From positions 41,602,001 through 41,666,000 of the forward strand of contig OZ260665.1 in the NCBI GenBank assembly GCA_965285935.1: DNA of 64,000 nt, in the 5' to 3' direction. The first letter of the stretch is position 1. Every line of letters starts with the position of its first letter. Positions 1-13,500 of this stretch are shown in pieces. The position numbers and the translations under genes are program-made. The notes below the pieces were generated by a model, which was not told the DNA's origin, made no database searches, and saw nothing but the letters and a program-made list of their open reading frames with translations. Origin of the DNA: Ophelia neglecta (lineage: Eukaryota).

Positions 1-1112
1 TGCAGACTCTTGAACATCGCTATGGTGCAGCACTTCATCAGGGGAGGAGTAGTGCCTTTGCCTCTGTTCATCCTGAGGCTCCCCATGCTCATGCACGCCC
101 TCACTGTCATATGACTGGGAGCGTTCTAGCTGATCTTTGTCATGCTCCACAATATCCACAGGAAACTGGTTCTCTTGGCCGATCTGATCAAGACCCGACT
201 CAAACGTCATGTCTATGACTTTTTGTCTGGTTGGGGACCTAGCACTACTAGAGGGTACCTGGGCTTCAGTGTCTAACTCACCGGGCCTCTCCACTCCTGC
301 TTTACCTAGGTCTATGTCTATTGGTTTATCTTTGGTTATAGTGAATGACTTGACTTCATCTACACCAGATGCTTCTTTATACGTTATGAGGCCATCATCT
401 TTCATGTCCTCCCCTTCCCCCTTTTCAGGCCTATCTACGTCTAAGTCATCGTCTTTCTCTCTTTCGTCTATATCTTTCTCCTCAATGCTCACTGCTTCCT
501 TACCCCCGCTGTGTACATACAAATTCTCATAGCTTGAAGATTTGCCATCGGGCATCTGAGAAAGATGACTGTCAACATGTTTTGTATCAAACCGATCTCC
601 AATAGTCTCTGCAGTGATCTCAATTTCATCTGGCTCGTCGCTGGTAAATTGTGTTTCACGGTATATGTCTTCATAGCTTGACGATGACAGCCTATTCTTT
701 TCTTCCAGAGTGGCTTCATGCCCCCCTAACTCTATTGCATCATCAGCAATGACTTCTCCTTGTCTGACATCCAATTGAATTTCATGTTGGAAGTTGTCAG
801 TTTCTATGGACTGTGAGTATGTGTCATGTATCTGTGATTCGGAATATAAATCTTGCTCTGGGGCTTTGCCTTGCAGAGTGATCTTGGGTGGAACCACTGT
901 CAGGTCAGTAAATTGGGAGTCATAGTGATCAGTTAGAACATGCAATGCAGGCTCATCAAAAGAAGGCGGACTAGTTGCTAGTGTGATAGTTGCAGAGGTG
1001 GTAGTAATAGTATGGCATTCAGTTTGGGAAGTAGTAGTATCATCACTGGACAGGCGGGGTGAAGTTAGTGTAGCTGTTGCTGTTTCCACAAAATCACTCT
1101 CAGTGAATCTTT
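1..1112 (-). CDS. ANK: Further large ankyrin exon, truncated by the window edge
   Basis: Acceptor TTTCTACACTAACAG|AA with a CTAAC branch-like motif; phase-1 entry gives ERFTESDFVETATATLTSPRLSSDD... and an acidic frame that appears open to the window edge (no stop, so absent from the ORF track). Confidence 0.82.
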
Positions 1113-1567
1113 CTGTTAGTGTAGAAATTGAATAAAATAGATTAGGACACATGATTGGCATGGTTACTAGAGAACAGGAAGGTAATAGCAAGGTAGAGAA
1201 CTAGATAGAAGGCACAGATGTGGTTAGAACATACTAACAACACTTCAATGTCAAAAGCATTGGATTCTTTCAATAATTCCTGCGTTAACCTCGAAAGTAG
1301 TAACTCAAGATAAATTCTGAATAACTATTTTACAGTTTTGCACATTAAGTAGGATATTATTATTTTTTTGATTATAGTCATCATTCTTTCAGTATATGTA
1401 CACATTTAATTTGCAACTGCAAGAAAAGTTCACTATGTGTCAAGCTGCGAGATAAAATTGATTTAATAGTGGTTTTCAAATTTTATCAAAAGTAGAAATA
1501 TATGAGTATAAGCAATGTATGCTTGTTAGAAAAAATTAATAGCAAAATCAGTCAGTAGGTTTAGTAC

Positions 1568-4500
1568 CTGTAGTTATTGTGGTGGAAGTGGTAGTAGAAA
1601 TGTCATCACTTTGCAAATGTGCAGGGTGAGTAGCAACTGGCAATTCTGGAGACCGGCTAGTGGAATGCATATTAGTAGATGTATCACTGATTATTTCTCC
1701 CATCTCAGGACATTTGGCCAACAAAAAATCTTCCTTTTCAGCTACAGCTGGGTCAATTGGCTCAGGAACAGAGTACACATCTTCTGGCATAATACCACTT
1801 TGAACATTCTGCAGATCTCTGTCATCATCAGTAACAAGCGTGTAGTCTGAGGGAGAAGGAGGTCGGTCTGAACTTGAAACACTAGTCACACTGGCAGCAA
1901 GGGCAGCAGCTTCAATAGACTGCTCAATGAAAATTTGCTGTGATGTGTCAGTACCGAGCCTGCCCTCAGATTCCTGCTCTAGATCAGCCTCCAGGGTATA
2001 GTCTGTGGGAGAAAGGGGACGTCTTCCACATAAAACTCCTTCATCATCGCCAGTAGGACTTACATCCTGAGAATCAAAGTCACTAGGAGGTTTTGAGCCC
2101 CGCTGTGCCTCCAGAGACAAGGAGGCCTCAAGCTTATATTTACGCTTCACAGGTACTTCATCAAAGTTAAAATCATCCTTATATTCTTGAGTCTCGCTTG
2201 CATTATTTGTGTCACTGATAAAAGTAGTCTGTGGCCCTCTTTGCAACTGTACAATAGCTATTTCCTGAAATTCTGCATCTACCTGTCCTGCTTCAATTTC
2301 TGCGGTCTTTTCACGCACTTTTTCCATATCGACATCTCCAGAGTTTTCACTAAAGTATAGTTCATTATCTGTGGGGCTCTGAATAAGTGGACTTGCCTCA
2401 ACAATTGCAATAGATGGGGCAATAAGCCCAGTACTCTGAGAGCCAGACTGAGATGGGGTTTCCTGTCTGGCATGGTCTGTTTCTTCAGTAACAAGAACAG
2501 ATGCAATGTTTTGTGGTTCAGCAACACATTCCTCAGAATAATCAAAATCTGGACTCTTTGACAGTGCAATATCAGAGGCTGATTGTAGGAAAACCTGCAT
2601 TACTGGCTCTTGGAACTCTTGTCTATCACTACTCTCCTGTCTAATCTCAAATTCTGAAATATCAATAAATTCACCATTTTTGTCAAAATTAGTACCATTC
2701 ATTTTAACACCAGAACCACCACCAACTGCTTCGGTTAAAACTTGGCAAGTGGACTCTGCTGCAACACTACCTTGAACACTGTCTTCAGATACTTTACCTA
2801 TTATTACTTGCGTAATATCAATATTTATAGAATCTACTTCACTACCTTCAAATCCAAATTTATCTTTTTCCATTGATTCTGCAATACCCTTTTCTGGTTG
2901 TTCGTCTATTTCTCTACCTATTAAGTCTTTATCAAACACATATATAACGTCTTCTTTGTCAGGCTTATCTAAGTCTTTAAGTGTGTCATTGTAAGGCAGG
3001 TCTTCAACGTCTTCCTGACTTATGTCACCAGTGTCAGATATATCTTCTATTTCTGCCTTTTCTACCAGATCAGATTCCTGGCTCCTCGCTTCTGCATCTT
3101 CGTCAAGGTCATCACATTGGGGTGCTTTCCCGTCTTCCAGTGGGGCCCCATCATCCAATGGAAGTTCTTCTGGCTCCTCCTGTAATCCTTCTGGAGGAGC
3201 CCCATACTCGGCATCATGAAATTCTTCATCCTCATCTTCAATATACACATCCTCGACAGTCTCTTGGAAGTCCTCTAGGCCTTGCTGCTCAGGGTCTTCA
3301 AGACTGGCAGATACGAAATGCTTTTCATCAAATGCAGCTGGTTCCAACGAAACCTTCATTTTGACCTTCTTCTGAGGAACATTTTCCAGTTGTTGAGTGA
3401 CATACTTCTCGAAATCTCCTTGACTGACTTGCACTGGGGTAACATCTGCACCAGATGTCTGGAATGTTTGCTTGCTTGGTTGAGGCTCAGCCAACAAGTG
3501 ATCCTGGGATGCAACAACATATCCTGATGGCTGTTCAACAAAACCAGGTACATAAGCAGGACTTTCCATTACCGTTCGCTCAGTTTTCCGTGACTGCTGA
3601 TTTGTTTTAGTAACTGTTTTTTTAAGAACACTGCCATCTGGTTGGACCTCTTCCACTTCCTCACTGAAAGTCAACGCATGAGGTTCAGTTAATGATGCAT
3701 CAGCATACACTCTCATTTCTGGAGCAATTGCACCAGCCATGGTAACTGGACTTTCATCTTCTGTTTGCGGGCCTTCCATGACAACTCTTTTGATTATTGT
3801 TTGTCTCTGTCTTCTTTTAATTACTTTCCTGATAATAATTCTTCCATCTGGAAGTGTCTCCTCATATTCCTTAATTTCTGTTTCTACCTGCGGCTCCCCT
3901 TCAATAGTATCACTGTATACTCGAATACTAGCTCTTGATGATACAGAGTCAGCAGGAGATACCAATTCACCAGGAGAGGTGAGGGACTGTGCAGGTGACA
4001 AAATTCCCTGGGAGTCACTGAAGCCAGACCGTAGACTTGAAGTTTCAGACATCTCAGATTCAGGAAGTTCTTCAGTTATCACATCTTCAAAAACTTCACC
4101 ATCAGGCCCAACTTTTCTTACTTTTCTAGTTACCATTCTCTTTACTCTAGCTTTGATGAGCTTCCTTCTAACTACAGTGCCATCAGGAAGAATTTCCTCA
4201 ACTTCCTCAAACCCAGCTGATGGACCAAAACATGGGGTTGAAACTTGTTTTGGAGCAACATCAAAAGAAACAGAATCGGCTGGTTTTTCAAATTCATCTC
4301 GGGATTGAGCTGGTGCATCATGCGATGGTAACTCTTCCTTTAAATCAAATCCTTCATGAATATGTGTTTTCTCCAATTGTATTTCATCAACTGGAAGGGC
4401 ACATACTTTCTCTACCTTTAATACTCCAGCAGATTTTTCTTCTGGTGAAACATCAGATGTAGTCTCTGACAGAAGAGAAATACCAATTGTCTTTGTTTCA

Positions 4501-7500
4501 TCCTGAAAAAGAGCAGGTTCTGCACTAGGAAAGATCACAATAGAAGGTTTATCCACTACATCTGAGTTATCTCTTTGCCCTTCATCAACTGCTGGCATAT
4601 TGGCAGACATATCAGGGGAAGGTGTCACCTGTATATCCTCATTTACTGTAAGTTCTGATATTTTGACCACTGGCTCTTCATCAGTTATAATTGGAGCTTC
4701 CTCAACGGCAGGACAGATAGGAGGAGTTGTGTCAAACTCGGTCTCGAATGTCACTTGTATTTTTTCCTCCCGAGGAGTGGCTCCCGTGTCAACAACTGCT
4801 GGAAAGACTGGCTTTTCAGAATCCATTGATTCCAACAGCTCTTCTGATACTTTCGTCAATTCTTCTGACTCCTCAGTCAATTCAGTTTTGAGCACTTCAG
4901 TTGCAGATGAAATTTCAGTTGAGGAATATTGTTGTTCTTGCCTACACATAACAGACTCTGTTCTTTGTTCGTCCTCTAGAATTAATACTCCAGCAGTGAT
5001 ATCAGAGTCTTTGATGATGGCGACGGGTGACTCTGCTCTCACCCCTATAACTATCCCACCATCTATGATTGCCCTGGCAGGCAGTTGTACTGGTGTCGGT
5101 GGTATATCTGCGGGTCTAGCCTCGCACACTGGATAAACAAAGTCGTCAGCAGGGCAGATGAGAGGAGTAGTCTCATACTCGGTCTCAATTTTCTTTTGTA
5201 TTTCTTCCTCTACAGGAGTGAGTTCGGTGTCCAGAACTGCTGGAATAACTGGCTTTTCAGAAACAATTGTTTCAACCAGCTCTTCTGATACTTCCTTTAC
5301 TTCTTCCGACTCTTCAGTTAGTTCAGTTTTGAACACTTCAGTTGAAGATTTAGTGGAAGAATATTGATATTCTTGCTCAGATATTACAGACTTTACTTTT
5401 TGTGTATCCTCCACAATTATCACGCCAGCAGAGATATCAGAGTCTTTGATGACAGTGACGGGTGATGCTGCTCTCACCCCAATAACTATTCCACCATCTA
5501 TGATTGCCCTGGCAGGTATTTCTGCTGGTGACTGTGGTATATACTCGGTTCTATCTTCACACACTGGATGATCAAAGACGTCTGAAGTTTTATCAACTGG
5601 TGCGGTCAACGCTTCCACCTTTACATCTTCAATTGTTGAAAAATCTGTTTCTTTGACAACAGACTCTTCATCAGGCTTAATTGGAGCTTCCACAGCCGCA
5701 GGTGAGATGGGTGGAGGTGTCTCAAAATCTGTCTCGATTGTCACTCGTATGTCTTCCTCTACAGGAGTGGGTTCGGTGTCCAGAACTGCTGGAATAACTG
5801 GCTTTTCAGAAACAATTGTTTCAACCAACTCTTCTGATACTTCCTTTACTTCATCCGACTCTTCAGTAAATTCAGTTTTGAACACTTCGGTCGAAGTTTC
5901 AGTGGAAGAATATTGATATTCTTGCTCAGATATTACAGACTCTACTTTTCGTGTATCCTCCACAATTATCACGCCAGCAGAGATACCAGAGTCTTTGACG
6001 ATAGTGACGGGTGATGCTGCTCTCACCCCAATAACTATTCCACCATCTATGATTGCCCTGGAAGGTATTTCTGCTGGTGACTGTGGTATATCCTCGGTTA
6101 TATCTTCACACACTGGATGATCAGAGACGTCTGAAGCTTTATCAACTGGTGCGGTTAACGCTTCCACCTTTACATCCTCAATTGTTGAAAGTTCAGTTTC
6201 TTTGTCCACAGACTCTTCATCAGGCTTAATTGGAGCTTCCACAACCGCAGGTGAGATGGGTGGAGCTGTCTCAAAATCTGTCTCTATTGTCACTTGTATG
6301 TCTTCCTCTACAGGAATGGGTTCGGTGTCCAGAACTGCTGGAATAACTGGCTTTTCAGCAACAATTGCTTCAACCAGCTCTTCTGATACTTCCTTTACTT
6401 CTTCCGACTCATCAGTAAATTCAGGTTTGAACCCTTCAGTTGAAGTTTCAGTGGAGGAATATTGATATTCTTGCTCAGATATTACAGACTCTACTTTTCG
6501 TGTATCCTCCACAATTATCACGCCAGCAAAGATATCAGAGTCTTTGATGACAGTGACGGGTGATGCTGCTCTCACTCCAATAACTATTCCACCATCTATG
6601 ATTGCCCTGGTAGGTATTTCTGCTGGTGACTGTGGTGTATCCACGGTTATACCTTCACACACTGGATGATCATAGACTGCTGAAGCTTTATCAACTGGTG
6701 CGGTTAACGCTTCCTCCTTTACATCATCCTCAATTGTTGAAAGTTCAGTTTCTTTGACCACAGACTCCTCATCAGGTTTAAGTGGAGCTTCCACAACCGC
6801 TGGTGAGATGGGTGGAGGTGTTTCAAAATCTGTCTTGATTGTCACTTGTATGTCTTCCTCTACTGGAGTGGGTTCGGTGTCCAGAACTGCTGGAATAACT
6901 GGCTTTTCAGAAACAATTGTTTCAACCAACTCTTCTGATACTTCCTTTACTTCTTCGGACTCTTCAGTAAATTTAGTTTTGAACACTTCAGTCGAAGTTT
7001 CAGTGGAAGAATATTGATATTCTTGCTCAGATATTACAGACTCTACTTTTCGTGTATCCTCTACAATTATCACGCCAGCAGAGATATCAGAGTCTTTGAC
7101 GATAGTGACGGGTGATGCTGCTCTCACCCCAATAACTATTCCACCATCTATGATTGCCCTGGCAGGTATTTCTGTTGGTGACTGTGGTGTATCCTCGGTT
7201 ATACCTTCACACACTGGATGATCATAGACTGCTGAAGCTTTATCAACTGGTGCGGTTAACGCTTCCTGCTTTACATCATCCTCAATTGTTGAAAGTTCAG
7301 TTTCTTTGACCACAGACTCCTCATCAGGTTTAAGTGGAGCTTCCACAACCGCTGGTGAGATGGGTGGAGGTGTCTCAAAATCTGTCTTGATTGTCACTTG
7401 TATGTCTTTCTCTACTGGAGTGGGTTCGGTGTCCAGAACTGCTGGAATAACTGGCTTTTCAGAAACAAATGTTTCAACCAACTCTTCTGACACTTCCTTT

Positions 7501-10500
7501 ACTTCTTCCGACTCTTCAGTAAATTCAGTTTTGAACACTTCAGTCGAAGTTTCAGTGGAAGAATATTGATATTCTTGCTCAGATATTACAGACTCTACTT
7601 TTCGTGTATCCTCCACAATTATCACGCCAGCAGAGATATCAGAGTCTTTGACGATAGTGACGGGTGATGCTGCTCTCACCCCAATAATTATTCCACCATC
7701 TATGATTGCCCTGGCAGGTATTTCTGCTGGTGACTGTGGTATATCCTCGGTTATATCTTCACACACTGGATGGTCAGATTCTTTGACCACAGACTCCTCA
7801 TCAGGTTTAAGTGGATCTTCCACAACCGCTGGTGAGATGGGTAGAGATGTCTCAAAATCTGTCTTGATTGTCACTTGCATGTCTTCCTCTACTGGAGTGG
7901 GTTCGGTGTCCAGAACTGCTGGAATAACTGGCTTTTCAGAAACAATTGTTTCAACCAACTCTTCTGATACTTCCTTTACTTTTTCCGACTCTTCAGTAAA
8001 TTCAGTTTTGAACACTTCAGTCGAAGTTTCAGTGGAAGAATATTGATATTCTTGCTCAGATATTACAGACTCTACTTTTCGTGTTTCCTCCACAATTATC
8101 ACGCCAGCAGAGATATCAGAGTCTTTGACGATAGTGACGGGTGATGCTGCTCTCACCCCAATAACTATTCCACCATCTATGATTGCCCTGGCAGGTATTT
8201 CTGCTGGTGACTGTGGTGTATCCTCGGGTATACCTTCACACACTGGATGATCATAGACTGCTGAAGCTTTATCAACTGGTGCGGTTAACGCTTCCTCCTT
8301 TACATCATCCTCAATTGTTGAAAGTTCAGTTTCTTTGACCACAGACTCCTCATCAGGTTTAAGTGGAGCTTCCACAACCGCTGGTGAGATGGTTGGAGGT
8401 GTCTCAAAATCTGTCTTGATTGTCACTTGTATGTCTTCCTCTACTGGAGTGGGTTCGGTGTCCAGAACTGCTGGAATAACTGGCTTTTCAGAAACAATTG
8501 TTTCAACCAACTCTTCTGATACTTCCTTTACTTCTTCCGACTCTTCAGTAAATTCAGTTTTGAACACTTCAGTCGAAGTTTCAGTGGAAGAATATTGATA
8601 TTCTTGCTCAGATATTACAGACTCTACTTTTCGTGTATCCTCCACAATTATCACGCCAGCAGAGATATCAGAGTCTTTGACGATAGTGACGGGTGATGCT
8701 GCTCTCACCCCAATAACTATTCCACCATCTATGATTGCCCTGGCAGGTATTTCTGCTGGTGACTGTGGTATATCCTCGGTTATATCTTCACACACTGGAT
8801 GATCAGAGACGTCTGAAGCTTTATCAACTGGTGCGGTTAACGCTTCCACCTTTACATCCTCAATTGTTGAAAGTTCAGTTTCTTTGTCCACAGACTCTTC
8901 ATCAGGCTTAATTGGAGCTTCCACAACCGCAGGTGAGATGGGTGGAGGTGTCTCAAAATCTGTTTCGATTGTCACTTGTATGTCTTCCTCTACAGGAATG
9001 GGTTCGGTGTCCAGAACTGCTGGAATAACTGGTTTTTCAGAAACAATTGCTTCAACCAGCTCTTCCGATACTTCCTTTACTTCTTCCGACTCATCAGTAA
9101 ATTCAGTTTTGAACACTTCAGTTGAAGTTTCACTGGAGGAATATTGATATTCTTGCTCAGATATTACAGACTCTACTTTTCGTGTACACTCCACAATTAT
9201 CACGCCAGCAGAGATATCAGAGTCTTTGATGACAGTGACGGGTGATGCTGCTCTCACCCCAATAACTATTCCTCCATCTATGATTGCCCTGGCAGGTATT
9301 TCTGCTGGTGACTGTGGTATATCCTCGGTTATACCTTCACACACTGGATGATCATAGACTGCTGAAGCTTTATCAACTGGTGCGGTTAACGCTTCCTGCT
9401 TTACATCCTCAATTGTTGAAATTTCGGTTTCTTTGACCACAGACTCCTCATCAGGTTTAAGTGGAGCTTCCACAACCGCAGGTGAGATGGTAGGAGGTGT
9501 CTCAATATCTCTCTCGATTGTCACTTGTATGTCTTCCTCTACAGGAGTGGGATCGGTGTCCAGAACTGCTGGAATAATTGGCTTTTCAGAAACAATTGTT
9601 TCAACCAACTCTTCTGATACTTCCTTGACTTCATCCGACTCTTCAGTAAATTCAGTTTTGAACACTTCGGTCGAAGTTTCAGTGGAAGAATATTCATATT
9701 CTTGCTCAGATATTACAGACTCTACTTTTCGTGTGTCCTCCACAATTATCACGCCAGCAGAGATATCAGAGTCTTTGACGATAGTGACGGGTGATGCTGC
9801 TCTCACCCCAATAACTATTCCACCATCTATGATTGCCCTGGCAGGTATTTCTGCTGGTGACTGAGGTATATCCTCGGCTATATCTTCACACACTGGGTGA
9901 TCAGAGACGTCTGAAGCTTTATCAACTGGTGCGGTTAATGCTTCCACCTTTACATCCTCAATTGTTGAAAGTTCAGTTTCTTGGTCCACAGACTCTTCAT
10001 CGGGCTTAATTGGAGCTTCCACAACCGCATGTGAGATGGGTGGAGGTGTCTCAAAATCTGTTTCGATTGTCACTGGTATGTCTTCCTCAACAGGAATGGG
10101 TTCGGTGTCCATAACTGCTGGAATAACTGGCTTTTCAGAAACAATTGCTTCAACCAGCTCTTCCGATACTTCCTTTACTTCTTCCGACTCATCAGTAAAT
10201 TCAGTTTTGAACACTTCAGTTGACGTTTCACTGGAGGAATATTGATATTCTTGCTCAGATATTACAGACTCTACTTTTCGTGTATCCTCCACAATTATCA
10301 CGCCAGCAGAGATATCAGAGTCTTTGATGACAGTGACGGGTGATGCTGCTCTCACCCCAATAACTATTCCTCCCTCTATGATTGCCCTGGCAGGTATTTC
10401 TGCTGGTGACTGTGGTATATCCTCGGTTATACCTTCACCCACTGGATGATCATAGACTGCTGAAGCTATATCAACTGGTGCGGTTAACGCTTCCTGCTTT

Positions 10501-13500
10501 ACATCCTCAACTGTTGAAATTTCAGTTTCTTTGACCACAGACTCCTCACCAGGTTTAAGTGGAGCTTCCACAACCGCAGGTGAGATGGGTGGAGGTGTCT
10601 CAAAATCTGTTTCGATTGTCACTTGTATGTCTTCCTCTACTGGAGTGGGTTCGGTGTCCAGAACTGCTGGAATAACTGGCTTTTCAGAAACAATTGCTTC
10701 AACCAGCTCTTCCGATACTTCCTTGACTTCTTCCGACTCATCAGTAAATTCAGTTTTGAACACTTCAGTTGAAGTTTCACTGGAGGAATATTGATATTCT
10801 TGCTCAGATATTACAGACTCTACTTTTCGTGTATCCTCCACAATTATCACGCCAGCAGAGATATCAGAGTCTTTGATGACAGTGACGGGTGATGCTGCTC
10901 TCACCCCAATAACTATTCTTCCATCTATGATTGCCCTGGCAGGTATTTCTGCTGGTGACTGTGGTATATCCTCGGTTATACCTTCACACACTGGATGATC
11001 ATAGACTGCTAAAGCTTTATCAACTGGTGCGGTTAACGCTTCCTGCTTTACATCCTCAATTATTGAAATTTTGGTTTCTTTGACCACAGACTCCTCATCA
11101 GGTTTAAGTGGAGCTTCCACAACCGCAGGTGAGATGGGTGGAGGTGTCTCAATATATCTCTCGATTGTCACTTGTATGTCTTCCTCTACAGGAGTTGGAT
11201 CGGTGTCCAGAACTGCTGGAATAATTGGCTTTTCAGAAACAATTGTTTCAACCAACTCTTCTGATACTTCCTTTACTTCATCCGACTCTTCAGTAAATTC
11301 AGTTTTGAACACTTCGGTCGAAGTTTCAGTGGAAGAATATTCATATTCTTGCTCAGATATTACAGACTCTACTTTTCGTGTGTCCTCCACAATTATCACG
11401 CCAGCAGAAATATCAGAGTCTTTGACGATAGTGACGGGTGATGCTGCTCTCACCCCAATAACTATTGCACCATCTATGATTGCCCTGGCAGGTATTTCTG
11501 CTGGTGACTGAGGTATATCCTCGGCTATATCTTCACACACTGGGTGATCAGAGACGTCTGAAGCTTTATCAACTGGTGCGGCTAACGCTTCCACCTTTAC
11601 ATCCTCAATTGTTGAAAGTTCAGTTTCTTGGTCCACAGACTCTTCATCAGGCTTAATTGGAGCTTCCACAACCGCATGTGAGATGGGTGGAGGTGTCTCA
11701 AAATCTGTTTCGATTGTCACTGGTATGTCTTCCTCTACAGGAATAGGTTCGGTGTCCAGAACTGCTGGAATAACTGGCTTTTCAGAAACAATTGCTTCAA
11801 CCAGCTCTTCCGATACTTCCTTTACTTCTTCCGACTCATCAGTAAATTCAGTTTTGAACACTTCAGTTGAAGTTTCACTGGAGGAATATTGATATTCTTG
11901 CTCAGATATTACAGACTCTACTTTTCGTGTACACTCCACAATTATCACGCCAGCAGAGATATCAGAGTCTTTGATGATAGTGACGGGCGATGCTGCTCTC
12001 ACCCCAATAACTATTCCTCCATCTATGATTGCCCTGGCAGGTATTTCTGCTGGTGACTGTGGTATATCCTCGGTTATACCTTCACCCACTGGATGATCAT
12101 AGACTGCTGAAGCTTTATCAACTGGTGTGGTTAACGCTTCCTGCTTTACATCCTCAATTGTTGAAATTTCAGTTTCTTTGACCACAGACTCCTCATCAGG
12201 TTTAAGTGGAGCTTCCACAACCGCAGGTGAGATGGTTGGAGGTGTCTCAAAATCTGTTTCGATTGTCACTTGTATGTCTTCCTCTACTGGAGTGGGTTCG
12301 GTGTCCAGAACTGCTGGAATAACTGGCTTTTCAGAAACAATTGTTTCAACCAACTCTTCTGATACTTCCTTTACTTCATCCGACTCTTCAGTAAATTCAG
12401 TTTTGAACACTTCGGTCGAAGTTTCAGTGGAAGAATATTGATATTCTTGCTCAGATATTACAGACTCTACTTTTCGTGTATCCTCCACAATTATCACGCC
12501 AGCAGATATATCAGAGTCTTTGACGATAGTGACGGGTGATGCTGCTCTCACCCCAATAACTATTCCACCATCTATGATTGCCCTGGCAGGTATTTCTGCT
12601 GGTGACTGTGGTATTTCCTCGGTTATACCTTCATCCACTGGATGATCATAGACTGCTGAAGCTTTATCAACTGGTGCGGTTAACGCTTCCTGCTTTACAT
12701 CCTCAATTGTTGAAAGTTCAGTTTCTTTGACCACAGACTCCTCATCAGGTTTAAGTGGAGCTTCCACAACCGCAGGTGAGATGGTTGGAGGTGTCTCAAA
12801 ATCTGTTTCGATTGTCACTTGTATGTCTTCCTCTACTGGAGTGGGTTCGGTGTCCAAAACTGCTGGAATAACTGGCTTTTCAGAAACAATTGTTTCAACC
12901 AACTCTTCTGATACTTCCTTTACTTCATCCGACTCTTCAGTAAATTCAGTTTTGAACACTTCGGTCGAAGTTTCAGTGGAAGAATATTGATATTCTTGCT
13001 CAGATATTACAGACTCTACTTTTCGTGTATCCTCCACAATTATCACGCCAGCAGATATATCAGAGTCTTTGACGATAGTGACGGGTGATGCTGCTCTCAC
13101 CCCAATAACTATTCCACCATCTATGATTGCCCTGGCAGGTATTTCTGCTGGTGACTGTGGTATATCCTCGGTTATATATTCACACACTGGATGATCAGAG
13201 ACGTCTGAAGCTTTATCAACTGGTGCGGTTAACGCTTCCACCTTTACATCCTCAATTGTTGAAAGTTCAGTTTCTTTGTCCACAGACTCTTCATCAGGCT
13301 TAATTGGAGCTTCCACAACCGCAGGTGAGATGGGTGGAGCTGTCTCAAAATCTGTCTCGATTGTCACTTGTATGTCTTCCTCTACAGGAATGGATTCGGT
13401 GTCCAGAACTGCTGGAATAACTGGTTTTTCAGAAACAATTGTTTCAACCAACTCTTCTGATACTTCCTTTACTTCATCCGACTCTTCAGTAAATTCAGTT

